38,275 nt of DNA from Verrucomicrobiia bacterium (GTDB taxonomy: Bacteria; Verrucomicrobiota; Verrucomicrobiia; Limisphaerales; Palsa-1400): assembly GCA_036008545.1 (NCBI GenBank), contig DASYNM010000413.1, forward strand, positions 1-38,275. The letters run 5' to 3'. Numbering within the stretch: the first letter of the stretch is position 1; every line of letters starts with the position of its first letter. Positions 27,693-35,156 of this stretch are shown one piece after another. Made by a program: the position numbers and the translations under genes. The notes beneath the pieces are model-generated. The model was given only the letters and a program-made list of their open reading frames with translations, was not told the DNA's origin and did not search any database.

Positions 27693-30245
27693 TCAAGGCG
27701 AATTCTTCTGCCAGACCCAGTCACCATTGGTGATATATCCGTATCCTGGCCCGGGCACGCCGCCGTCGTCCTTTTCATTCCAGCCAATAGAGTAGAGAAG
27801 AAATGTTCCGTCGGTTTCGCGGCGGTACTTGAGGGGCTGGCCGCCGATGAGGTCGCGGGGAAGTTTTTCCAGGAAGCCTGGTACCAGGGCATCGAGAGCC
27901 TCGGGGTACCGGCCGAGCGCCAGACGGTAGCGCTCCAAGGCGCAGGCAACGCACGCCTGATTAATAGCCGTTTGGTTGTGGGCTGTCACTGAAACCATTC
28001 TGGACATATTCGCGGCAAACAGTGAAGCCACGAAGGTGTAGGGTGAGCTTGCTTTGGCGGCCAAATCAACGTCGTGGCCGTAAAGGTTTGCTTTCTCGGG
28101 TAATACCAAGCAGTTGGATAAATCTATGCTGTCAATAAGCTCCTGTTTAAGCAGGGTCGCGGTAACCATGTTCCGGTAGCGCCAACCGCGCGGGATGGCG
28201 GCAAAGAGCTTGTCCATCAACCAGTGGTTCTGCGGAAAAATCCAACGGCTCGGCACTAACCGAAGAAAAGGGTTGACCGACTTGGAGCCGGCCGGTCGAC
28301 TGGCCTGCTGAGTGTTGAACCAGTTCGTCAACAATGCTCCGAACTCCGGCGGCGTCATGCGCTCAATCCGCTGGCAATTGAAGACCCGCTCTGTAGTCAG
28401 CGCTTCTGAAAGCAAGGGCGGCCAGTTGATCGATAGGAGTTGTTGCTCCAAGGCAGCCAATTCCGGTTCACGCCACGCCTGCAACCGCAGTCCGTCGGCT
28501 ACGATTTCGGTGTAAAGTCCGCCGACGGCAACGGTAATCATCGCCTGAACCAGGCTAATGGGCCGGGTTGCAAACGCCCGCGGCAGATCGTGGACAAGCG
28601 TCAAGTCGCGCAGGGCCATGTCCGGCTGGCCGAGGAGCAGATGGCATTGTGCGCGTTCGGCCAAGGCCTGCGCCACTGTGCGAACGGTGGCGTAACTTGG
28701 AGTCTGCTGCGGACCTTCAAAATAAGTTTGGTAATCTTCGCCCTGCGATTGGGCACGTTGCAAGCCCTGGCGGATCAGGTCGAATTCCGGCTCAAGCTTG
28801 TCACTCCAAGCGAGGAAATCCACCGCGCTCTCGACCGGAATTACTGCCTTGAAAGTTTTTTGATCCGCGGGATCGACGGTGACAACGAGGCCTCCGTAAG
28901 CAAACAGGCCATCGGGCAGGAATTCCTTGATGAAGCTTTCGATCTCCGCCGCGTTGAGGGCTGAGTTCGACCTTAAGACAATGCGAATCGGCTTGATTTG
29001 GTCCAAATGGTATTGCGTTAGGAGGTATCCGAGAGGACTAAGCACGGCGAGTCCTTGCGCGCGGCGCAGCAATGACGCCACCGCGGCATGGACGTCAGGC
29101 CGGCGCGCGAAGCGCTGCGCGGCTGAACGCACCTCCGCGGAATCGCCAGCGGTGACGCGGTCCAAATGCGTCACCGGGTCTTCCATCAAAATCATCCCGC
29201 GATTGGCTAGCAAGGCTAACAGGGCCTGGTCGGGCGAGATGCCTTTCCACTTTTCGGTGATCGAGGGATTGCGAGCCAGAGGACCGTTCGTCGAGCCATC
29301 TTGCGTCAATGCTGGGTCAAATAGAATATTTCGGTGGGCTTGGATGGCGATGGCGCGGATGGCATCGGTCAAAGGGACATTCTCAAAAGAAACGACACCG
29401 ACAACCTCAGACCCAGGACCATCTGATCGAGGATTCGTGATTTTGCCAGAAGAGTCGTAGTCAAGCACGAGGTCCGCACTGACTAGGGGATCGGTTGCGC
29501 CGACATTGGCCGGCGGGGTGGCCAGGGGCGAGGGCGCTGCGGCGGGATCGACGGGTTTGACTCGCGCCACGCGAGTCGTGGCATCGACCACCAACTCCAT
29601 GCCATAGGTGTTTAACAAGACGAACAGGGCCTGGGCGGCTGTGATCTTGCGCCAATTGGCGGTGACCTTCGGATTGCGAGCCAGAACGCCGGGCGTCACC
29701 CCCGCTTGGAACAGCACCGGATCGAACATGACGTTCAAACCCGCTTGCGTAGCGAGTGCGTGGATGGCGTCGGTCAATGCGACCGAGTCGAGCTTAATCT
29801 CCTCCACCACATTGGTCGCGGCTGCATCCGTTGCCGAAGCGGCCGTTTTGACGGACACATTGGTGGCGTTCATCCCTGGTAAAAGGACGCGGATTTGCGC
29901 GATGGCGAGGGACTCTCCCAATTGGCGCGAGGATAGTCGCGCGGAGAGATCGGTTGCGGGGGCTCCCACGTAAAAATGCCCAGCGAACCAATCCGCCATC
30001 TTCGGCGCTTTGAGAATGTTCTGGTCGTCCGGAAGGCGCGGAGGAATAAAGTATTGCGGGTCCAGATGCTGTCCTTTGGCAGCTAAATCCCGTTTGCACT
30101 TTTCCCAGGCGCGCTTGCCGCGCCAGTCTTCTTCGCCGTAGAACAGAAACCCAATGAGCACAAGCATCCCGGAAAAAATAACGACGCGACGCCACTTGGA
30201 GAAACGGCTCGGCGCCCCTACCGATGCGCTGGCTGACAAAGTCAT
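27693..30245 (-). CDS. Membrane-anchored protein with two tandem STN-like (secretin/TonB short N-terminal) repeats and a GspG-pseudopilin-like C-terminal domain. Function unknown.
   Basis: The N-terminal TM helix is RRVVIFSGMLVLIGFLFY. Repeat 1 is IKLDSVALTDAIHALATQAGLNVMFDPVL...ANWRKITAAQALFVLLNTYGMELVVD. Repeat 2 is VSFENVPLTDAIRAIAIQAHRNILFDPAL...EKWKGISPDQALLALLANRGMILMED. The C-terminus ALERYRLALGRYPEALDALVPGFLEKLPRDLIGGQPLKYRRETDGTFLLYSIGWNEKDDGG parallels the GspG core (YxLDNGRYP...LP.DPWG.PY.Y...G.F.L.SLGADG..GG). Confidence 0.7.
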   Translation of the reverse strand: MTLSASASVGAPSRFSKWRRVVIFSGMLVLIGFLFYGEEDWRGKRAWEKCKRDLAAKGQHLDPQYFIPPRLPDDQNILKAPKMADWFAGHFYVGAPATDLSARLSSRQLGESLAIAQIRVLLPGMNATNVSVKTAASATDAAATNVVEEIKLDSVALTDAIHALATQAGLNVMFDPVLFQAGVTPGVLARNPKVTANWRKITAAQALFVLLNTYGMELVVDATTRVARVKPVDPAAAPSPLATPPANVGATDPLVSADLVLDYDSSGKITNPRSDGPGSEVVGVVSFENVPLTDAIRAIAIQAHRNILFDPALTQDGSTNGPLARNPSITEKWKGISPDQALLALLANRGMILMEDPVTHLDRVTAGDSAEVRSAAQRFARRPDVHAAVASLLRRAQGLAVLSPLGYLLTQYHLDQIKPIRIVLRSNSALNAAEIESFIKEFLPDGLFAYGGLVVTVDPADQKTFKAVIPVESAVDFLAWSDKLEPEFDLIRQGLQRAQSQGEDYQTYFEGPQQTPSYATVRTVAQALAERAQCHLLLGQPDMALRDLTLVHDLPRAFATRPISLVQAMITVAVGGLYTEIVADGLRLQAWREPELAALEQQLLSINWPPLLSEALTTERVFNCQRIERMTPPEFGALLTNWFNTQQASRPAGSKSVNPFLRLVPSRWIFPQNHWLMDKLFAAIPRGWRYRNMVTATLLKQELIDSIDLSNCLVLPEKANLYGHDVDLAAKASSPYTFVASLFAANMSRMVSVTAHNQTAINQACVACALERYRLALGRYPEALDALVPGFLEKLPRDLIGGQPLKYRRETDGTFLLYSIGWNEKDDGGVPGPGYGYITNGDWVWQKNSP

Positions 30246-30253
30246 GTTCGACT

Positions 30254-30272
30254 CCGGCGCGGCTGGCGCCGG
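30254..30272 (-). repeat. Perfect 7-bp GC hairpin immediately upstream of the 850-aa gene start, overlapping its GGAG Shine-Dalgarno
   Basis: ccggcgc (30254-30260) pairs with gcgccgg (30266-30272) around the loop ggctg. On the minus strand the 3' arm runs ...GCGCCGGAGTCGAACATG, so the first GG of the GGAG lies inside the stem. Confidence 0.5.
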
Positions 30273-30334
30273 GTATTCACGAACGTGACCTAAAACGATG
30301 GCTTGTCGAGTCTAAATTCGCTGCGCGCACTTCC

Positions 30335-31294
30335 TCACCGCTGTAGCTTGTAAGTTGGCTTCGTCATCATGGAGGCGTAGAAAATGTCGGCGTTGGGGTC
30401 CCAGGCGTAACTCGGCCCGACCGGGTTGACTCCAAAGCCGGGCGGCAACGGCGCAGCCGGGAGAAACGACTTGCCGCCATCTTTGGTTTCCAGAAACCCG
30501 CTGCGGCCCACCACGACGAAATGAAGTTCGGATTCGCCAAAGTAAGGGCCAAAACTTGCATCCACAGGCGCGCCGAGCCAGGTCCAGGTCAACCCCTTGT
30601 CCTTGCTGGCCAATATCCCTTTCCCTGCCGACCAATAGCCCGCCCCTTTGAAAATGACCGGAACCGCCGCCGCCGGCGTGTCGTTGGAAACGCGCGCCCA
30701 TGTGGCCCCGGCGTCGCCGCTGCGGAAGATTCCCCTTTCGTTGGCCCGAGTGACGACAAAGGTCGAGCGGTCAAAGACGCCGCAACGGCCGAATCCTTTT
30801 CCTTCATCGATCCAGGTCTCCCCACCGTCGTCGCTGGTCGCGAGCGCGCCGGCATTGCCGTGGCGAATGGCCAACACGCGCTTGCCGCTGTCGGCCCAGT
30901 CCACCGCGCCGAAGTCCAGATCGCTCGTGGCTGACTTCGTCCAAGTCTTGCCACCGTCGGTAGTCATCGCGCTGCTGCCGAAATTCATGAAGCAAAAAAG
31001 ACGCCGGCCGTTTGGGTCGGCTTGGAGTGCCCAAGCAGTCCCGCAGAAACCGCCGACATCCAAATTCGCATTGTCCAACGGGGCGAAGGTGGCCCCATGA
31101 TCGGTGCTCTTCCAAAGTCCCTGGCCATTCGGCACCATAAACACATCGCCCGAGACGCGGTCAACAACCACGTCGGCGGTCGGCCCACCTTTAATGGGCT
31201 TCAAGGTCGAGGTCACGGGATCGGAAATATTCACCCATTCGGCGGCGTGGGCCAGCAGCGGAGCGGCCAGGGCGAGCATCAAGACGATTCTCAT
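30335..31294 (-). CDS. BNR/Asp-box repeat beta-propeller protein (sialidase-fold / Ycf48-like), secreted
   Basis: The signal peptide is MRIVLMLALAAPLLAHAAEW. There are six Asp-box-like motifs: KSTDHGATF, TTDGGKTW, TSDDGGETW, RSGDAGATW, SKDKGLTW and TKDGGKSF. Confidence 0.85.
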   Translation of the reverse strand: MRIVLMLALAAPLLAHAAEWVNISDPVTSTLKPIKGGPTADVVVDRVSGDVFMVPNGQGLWKSTDHGATFAPLDNANLDVGGFCGTAWALQADPNGRRLFCFMNFGSSAMTTDGGKTWTKSATSDLDFGAVDWADSGKRVLAIRHGNAGALATSDDGGETWIDEGKGFGRCGVFDRSTFVVTRANERGIFRSGDAGATWARVSNDTPAAAVPVIFKGAGYWSAGKGILASKDKGLTWTWLGAPVDASFGPYFGESELHFVVVGRSGFLETKDGGKSFLPAAPLPPGFGVNPVGPSYAWDPNADIFYASMMTKPTYKLQR

Positions 31295-31411
31295 ATCGAT
31301 TGGATGAGGCTCACTTCATGGCAATGCAATCATTTTTTCCACGACTTCGACGTTCTTCAGGATCGCCTTGCGAGAACGACCGTTGCGGGGAGCCCGGGCG
31401 TCCCGCCCACC

Positions 31412-31434
31412 GTGTTTGGCGTCTCGCCAAACAC
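31412..31434. repeat. Perfect 10-bp inverted repeat with a 3-nt spacer in a divergent intergenic region
   Basis: gtgtttggcg (31412-31421), spacer tct, then cgccaaacac (31425-31434). This was verified base by base. Confidence 0.6.
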
Positions 31435-31513
31435 CTTTAGCATCGCAGATCGATCTCCAATCATTCCGATTGACGCAACAGCGTGGGAAGTGCGGCGCGA
31501 GACGCACCGCACG

Positions 31514-31530
31514 GCGACCGGGACGGTCGC
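31514..31530. repeat. Perfect 7-bp inverted repeat with a 3-nt spacer. It is directly adjacent to a second imperfect hairpin at 31490-31512.
   Basis: gcgaccg (31514-31520), spacer gga, then cggtcgc (31524-31530). The neighbouring hairpin pairs gtgcgg (31490-31495) with ccgcac (31507-31512) and has an inner gcg-aga-cgc. Confidence 0.6.
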
Positions 31531-31633
31531 GCTCCCCAAGCCGCTACAGCGCCATCGACATTGCTCCGATTAAAACTTTGAAGAAGCCTATTTTTCATCT
31601 CGACAAAAAATATAAATTTTCCGTTCTCCGCTA

Positions 31634-33316
31634 ATGACAACCACTCGCACAATCTTTATGCTCAAACACATGTTGATCACCACACTTCGATGGCTCCGCG
31701 GCAAGGCCGGACTTTTTGGCCTTGCCATGTTGTGGCTGTTGACAGGCGCTCTGCCGGTGGCGGCCACGGATTATTTCGTCCGCGAGAACGGTGATGATGG
31801 CGCGCAAGGCACTTCGACGAACGCGGCCTGGAGGAGCATCGAACGCGTCAACCGCACCCGGCTTCAGCCCGGCGATCGCGTGCGATTTGAAGCTCCCGGT
31901 TCCTTTGCCGGCAATTTACGCCTCTCGGCCGAGGATGCCGGCACCTCGAACGCCCCGGTCGTCATCGGATCCTTCGGCGAAGGGAGGGCGACCATTCTGG
32001 CCGGACACCAGAACGGCATCACCGTCGAAAATGCTGGAGGCGTGGCCATCGAAAATCTGATCGTGGCCGGCGCCGGGCGCACGAATAACACGGGCTATGG
32101 CGTCTGCTGTGACAACACGCTGACCAATGGCCAGCGTCTGGATGGTCTTCGCATCGCGAACGTCGAGGCGCATGGTTTCGGTATGCTCGGCATTCTTGTA
32201 GGCGGGAGCAACTCCGGGTTTGAACACGTGTTGGTGACCAACTGCGTCACGCACGACAATTTGCGCGGAGGCATGGAGGTGGCTGGGCGCCTGCCTTGGA
32301 ATTCACAGAAGTACGCACACGCCGATGTGTTGGTCAGCCATTGCCAGACATTCAATAACACGGGCGACCCAACCTATCTCAAGAACCATTCCGGTAGTGG
32401 CATCGTGCTTTACCAGATCGATGGCGGGGTCATGGAATATTGCACGGCCTGGAACAATGGCGCGCTGTGCAGGAGCAAGGGTGGCGGCGGCGTGGGCCTT
32501 TGGACTTGCTGCTCCCACCACGTGGTCATCGAACATTGTGAGAGCTTCAGCAATCGAACGGACAACAGTGATGGCGGTGGTTTTGACATTGACGGAGGCA
32601 GCGTGGATTGCGTGCTACAATACAATTACAGTCACGATAACGACGGACCCGGCCTGATGGTCTATACGTATCCCTATGCTGCCCATGCCGATCGCGGCTC
32701 CATCGTCCGGTTTAACATCTCGGAGAACGATGCGCGCAAGGGCATACGTTACGCGGGGCTGTGGGTTCGCTCGGACGGAAAGGGAATCAGCGGCCTGGAA
32801 ATCTACAACAACACGGTCGTCATCGGACCATGGACAGAACACGCGGCGCTTATTGACGCGCATGGCGTCGAAGCGCGCTTGCGCAACAACATCTTCATTG
32901 CCAGGAGTCCGGCGCTGCCTTTACGCGTATATCATCCGGACAAACGCGTGCGGTTTGAGAACAACCTCTATTGGCGTGAGGACGGACCGAGTGCGGTGGC
33001 TTGGGGAAGACGCACCTACTCAAGCTTGGAGGAATGGCGCGCGCATACCGGGCAGGAAACGCTTAACGGCGAACCGACGGGATTTTTCGCGGACCCCTTG
33101 CTGAGCCGGCACGCGCTGGACGAGCGCCCCGCGGAGCAAAGAGAACTCCAAGACATGCGCGCCTTCCGGCCGCTACCCGGTTCCCCCGCGCTGGCAGGCG
33201 GACTGGACTTACGCCAGAAGCTTGGCTTGGACATAGGCCCACGAGATTTTCTCGGGCTACTGCCACTGTCAGGCCCGTTCCCGTTGGGAGCTATCGGCAT
33301 GCCGGCACTTGAGTAG
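31634..33316 (+). CDS. Right-handed parallel beta-helix repeat protein (pectate-lyase fold), secreted
   Basis: The signal-like N-terminus is [27 protein letters not shown]. PbH1-like turns are [70 protein letters not shown] and [27 protein letters not shown]. The start may instead be ATG 31658 or 31670. Confidence 0.8.
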   Translation: MTTTRTIFMLKHMLITTLRWLRGKAGLFGLAMLWLLTGALPVAATDYFVRENGDDGAQGTSTNAAWRSIERVNRTRLQPGDRVRFEAPGSFAGNLRLSAEDAGTSNAPVVIGSFGEGRATILAGHQNGITVENAGGVAIENLIVAGAGRTNNTGYGVCCDNTLTNGQRLDGLRIANVEAHGFGMLGILVGGSNSGFEHVLVTNCVTHDNLRGGMEVAGRLPWNSQKYAHADVLVSHCQTFNNTGDPTYLKNHSGSGIVLYQIDGGVMEYCTAWNNGALCRSKGGGGVGLWTCCSHHVVIEHCESFSNRTDNSDGGGFDIDGGSVDCVLQYNYSHDNDGPGLMVYTYPYAAHADRGSIVRFNISENDARKGIRYAGLWVRSDGKGISGLEIYNNTVVIGPWTEHAALIDAHGVEARLRNNIFIARSPALPLRVYHPDKRVRFENNLYWREDGPSAVAWGRRTYSSLEEWRAHTGQETLNGEPTGFFADPLLSRHALDERPAEQRELQDMRAFRPLPGSPALAGGLDLRQKLGLDIGPRDFLGLLPLSGPFPLGAIGMPALE

Positions 33317-33578
33317 GCTGGCTGGTCGTTACTGCCAAAGGCGTAGGGCTTTCTACTTCTTTTTCCGCCGCTTTTTTTTAGACGGCAAGCTCCAGGCAAG
33401 CTATATTCCCGGCAGTAATCCATACGCGAATAGATCAAAGGTGAAGGCGCTCAATACCCAAGATCGACAGAATAGCCACGACGCGGAGCGTTTTGAACGT
33501 GCCGACCTCGCGCGGAAAAAAGTGCAGTTGACAAGGAATGGAAAGTTGTGTGGGTGGACCTTTGGAGAAGGAGTTGCG

Positions 33579-34487
33579 ATGAACAACAGTTCAAAAATCA
33601 AGTCGACCGAGCCAGGAATGGCCAGAAGCAAGGCAGTGTTTGGTGCGTTCACTTTGATCGAATTGCTGGTCGTGATCGCCATTATCGCCATCCTGGCCGC
33701 GCTGCTCCTGCCGGCCTTGGCGCGCTCAAAGCAAGCGGCCAACTCCGCTAAATGCCAATCTAATATGAGGCAGCTAGGATTTGGCTTCGCCCTTTACACA
33801 GGAGACAATCGCGAGACTTTCCCGGCTGCCGCAGTAGATGGTGCAGACAACACGCAATATACTTGGGACACGGCCATTCACCCCTACATAGGCGCAAATA
33901 ACCTCAGCAAAGCCGTCCTGGATAGCGGCGCCGTGGACCAGAGCCTTGTGGCGAAAGTGTTGCTTTGCCCGAATGACCTCGGCCCCGATAGTTATTGGGT
34001 GGCAAGTCAACAAAACCTTGGCCGCAGAACCTACGCCATGAACGCGATCGGCCCGCAAGACATCGCCATCGCAGCCTGGGGATCGCCGCTTCCCACGCCG
34101 GTTGACGGCGTTGGCATTTACTGGAATACCATCCCGACCACTCAATCCGGCGCTCCCGGCTATAAGACTTCAGTTGTGCCAAATCCGGCTGGCACGATCA
34201 ACCTCGTGGAAGAACCCGCCGGTGACAACGTGTGCGGCAATGTCTGGCCTTCCATCTCCGTCGCTCCGGCCAATTACAGTGATAACTCACAAGGATGGGG
34301 AGAGTGTTACCAGACGGACCCAAATGATTACGTCAACCAGGGATTGGCTCTTTATGCGCTCCAAGGCAAGCACTTCAATTATCTTTTCTTCGACAATCAC
34401 GTCTCCCTGCTGACGATGCAGCAAACGGTTGGCTCTGGCACCACTAATGCCCCCAAGGGAATGTGGACGCTCAATCAGAATGATTGA
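33579..34487 (+). CDS. Prepilin-type N-terminal cleavage/methylation domain protein (DUF1559-like, degenerate H-X9-DG tail)
   Basis: [46 protein letters not shown] is the classic type IV pilin-like leader of PVC DUF1559 proteins. The C-terminal [12 protein letters not shown] matches the NxLFxDGHV tail but has DN in place of DG and a displaced upstream His. A strong SD, GGAGAAGGAG, ends 6 nt before ATG 33579. The track's 33309 start adds 90 implausible codons that overlap the upstream gene. Confidence 0.85.
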   Translation: MNNSSKIKSTEPGMARSKAVFGAFTLIELLVVIAIIAILAALLLPALARSKQAANSAKCQSNMRQLGFGFALYTGDNRETFPAAAVDGADNTQYTWDTAIHPYIGANNLSKAVLDSGAVDQSLVAKVLLCPNDLGPDSYWVASQQNLGRRTYAMNAIGPQDIAIAAWGSPLPTPVDGVGIYWNTIPTTQSGAPGYKTSVVPNPAGTINLVEEPAGDNVCGNVWPSISVAPANYSDNSQGWGECYQTDPNDYVNQGLALYALQGKHFNYLFFDNHVSLLTMQQTVGSGTTNAPKGMWTLNQND

Positions 34488-34513
34488 GGGGCCACCGGGC
34501 CAAAAAAGCCCTG

Positions 34514-35146
34514 TCAATCCAAATGAATAATCCCTCGCTGCAAAGCGGTGGTGGTTGCTTGTGTGCGATCGTTGACCTTGAGTTTGGCCAGGATATGGCC
34601 GACGTGCAGCTTCACCGTAACCTCGGCTATGGAGAGGTCGGCGGCGATTTCCTTGTTGCTGCGGCCTCGGACAATGAGTTTGAGCACATCAATTTCGCGC
34701 GACGTCAATTCAGGGTGCATCATCCTTTCGGCCAGCCGCGTGCCTACTGCGGGCGAGATGCAGCGTTCCCCCGCGTGCACGGCGCGAATGGTATCGATAA
34801 GCTCCTTGCGCGCAGCGGTCTTGAGAAGATAAGCGCGCGCGCCGGCCTGGAGCGAGCGATAGATGTCCTCCTCACCATCGTGTGTCGAAAGCATGACGAT
34901 GGCCGCATCGGGAAATTCCTGGCAAATCGTACGGGTCGCATCCGCGCCGCTGATGCCCGGCAACTTTAGATCCATCAGCACGATGTCCGGCCGCTCCTGT
35001 TGGTAAAGGGTGACGGCCTGCTCGCCCGTCGAGGCTTCCGTATCCACGGTCATGTCCTGCTCCAGGTTGATCGAGCCTTTCAAGCCCATCCGCACGACAA
35101 AGTGGTCATCGACCACCATAATCCGGATTTTCTTCTCGGCTGTCAT
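34514..35146 (-). CDS. NarL/FixJ-family response regulator (REC + LuxR/GerE HTH)
   Basis: The receiver motifs are IRIMVVDDHFVVRMGL and IVLMDLKLPGISG. The HTH is LTSREIDVLKLIVRGRSNKEIAADLSIAEVTVKLHVGHILAKL. The gene lies 10 nt downstream of its kinase. Confidence 0.9.
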   Translation of the reverse strand: MTAEKKIRIMVVDDHFVVRMGLKGSINLEQDMTVDTEASTGEQAVTLYQQERPDIVLMDLKLPGISGADATRTICQEFPDAAIVMLSTHDGEEDIYRSLQAGARAYLLKTAARKELIDTIRAVHAGERCISPAVGTRLAERMMHPELTSREIDVLKLIVRGRSNKEIAADLSIAEVTVKLHVGHILAKLKVNDRTQATTTALQRGIIHLD

Positions 35147-35156
35147 ACGTTAGGAT

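Noticed and set aside
33309-33578. The 90-codon N-terminal extension of the prepilin-like ORF as given in the track
   Set aside because: It would overlap the end of the beta-helix gene and places about 100 residues before the prepilin leader. A strong GGAGAAGGAG SD sits right before the internal ATG 33579. A T8 run at 33372-33379 lies within the extension.
34488-34513. GGCC-ACCG-GGCC followed by A6 between the prepilin-like gene and the response regulator, considered as a bidirectional terminator
   Set aside because: The stem is only 4 bp. The A-run follows rather than precedes in the wrong sense for the + gene, and the T-run precedes the stem for the - gene. It is not a convincing intrinsic terminator.
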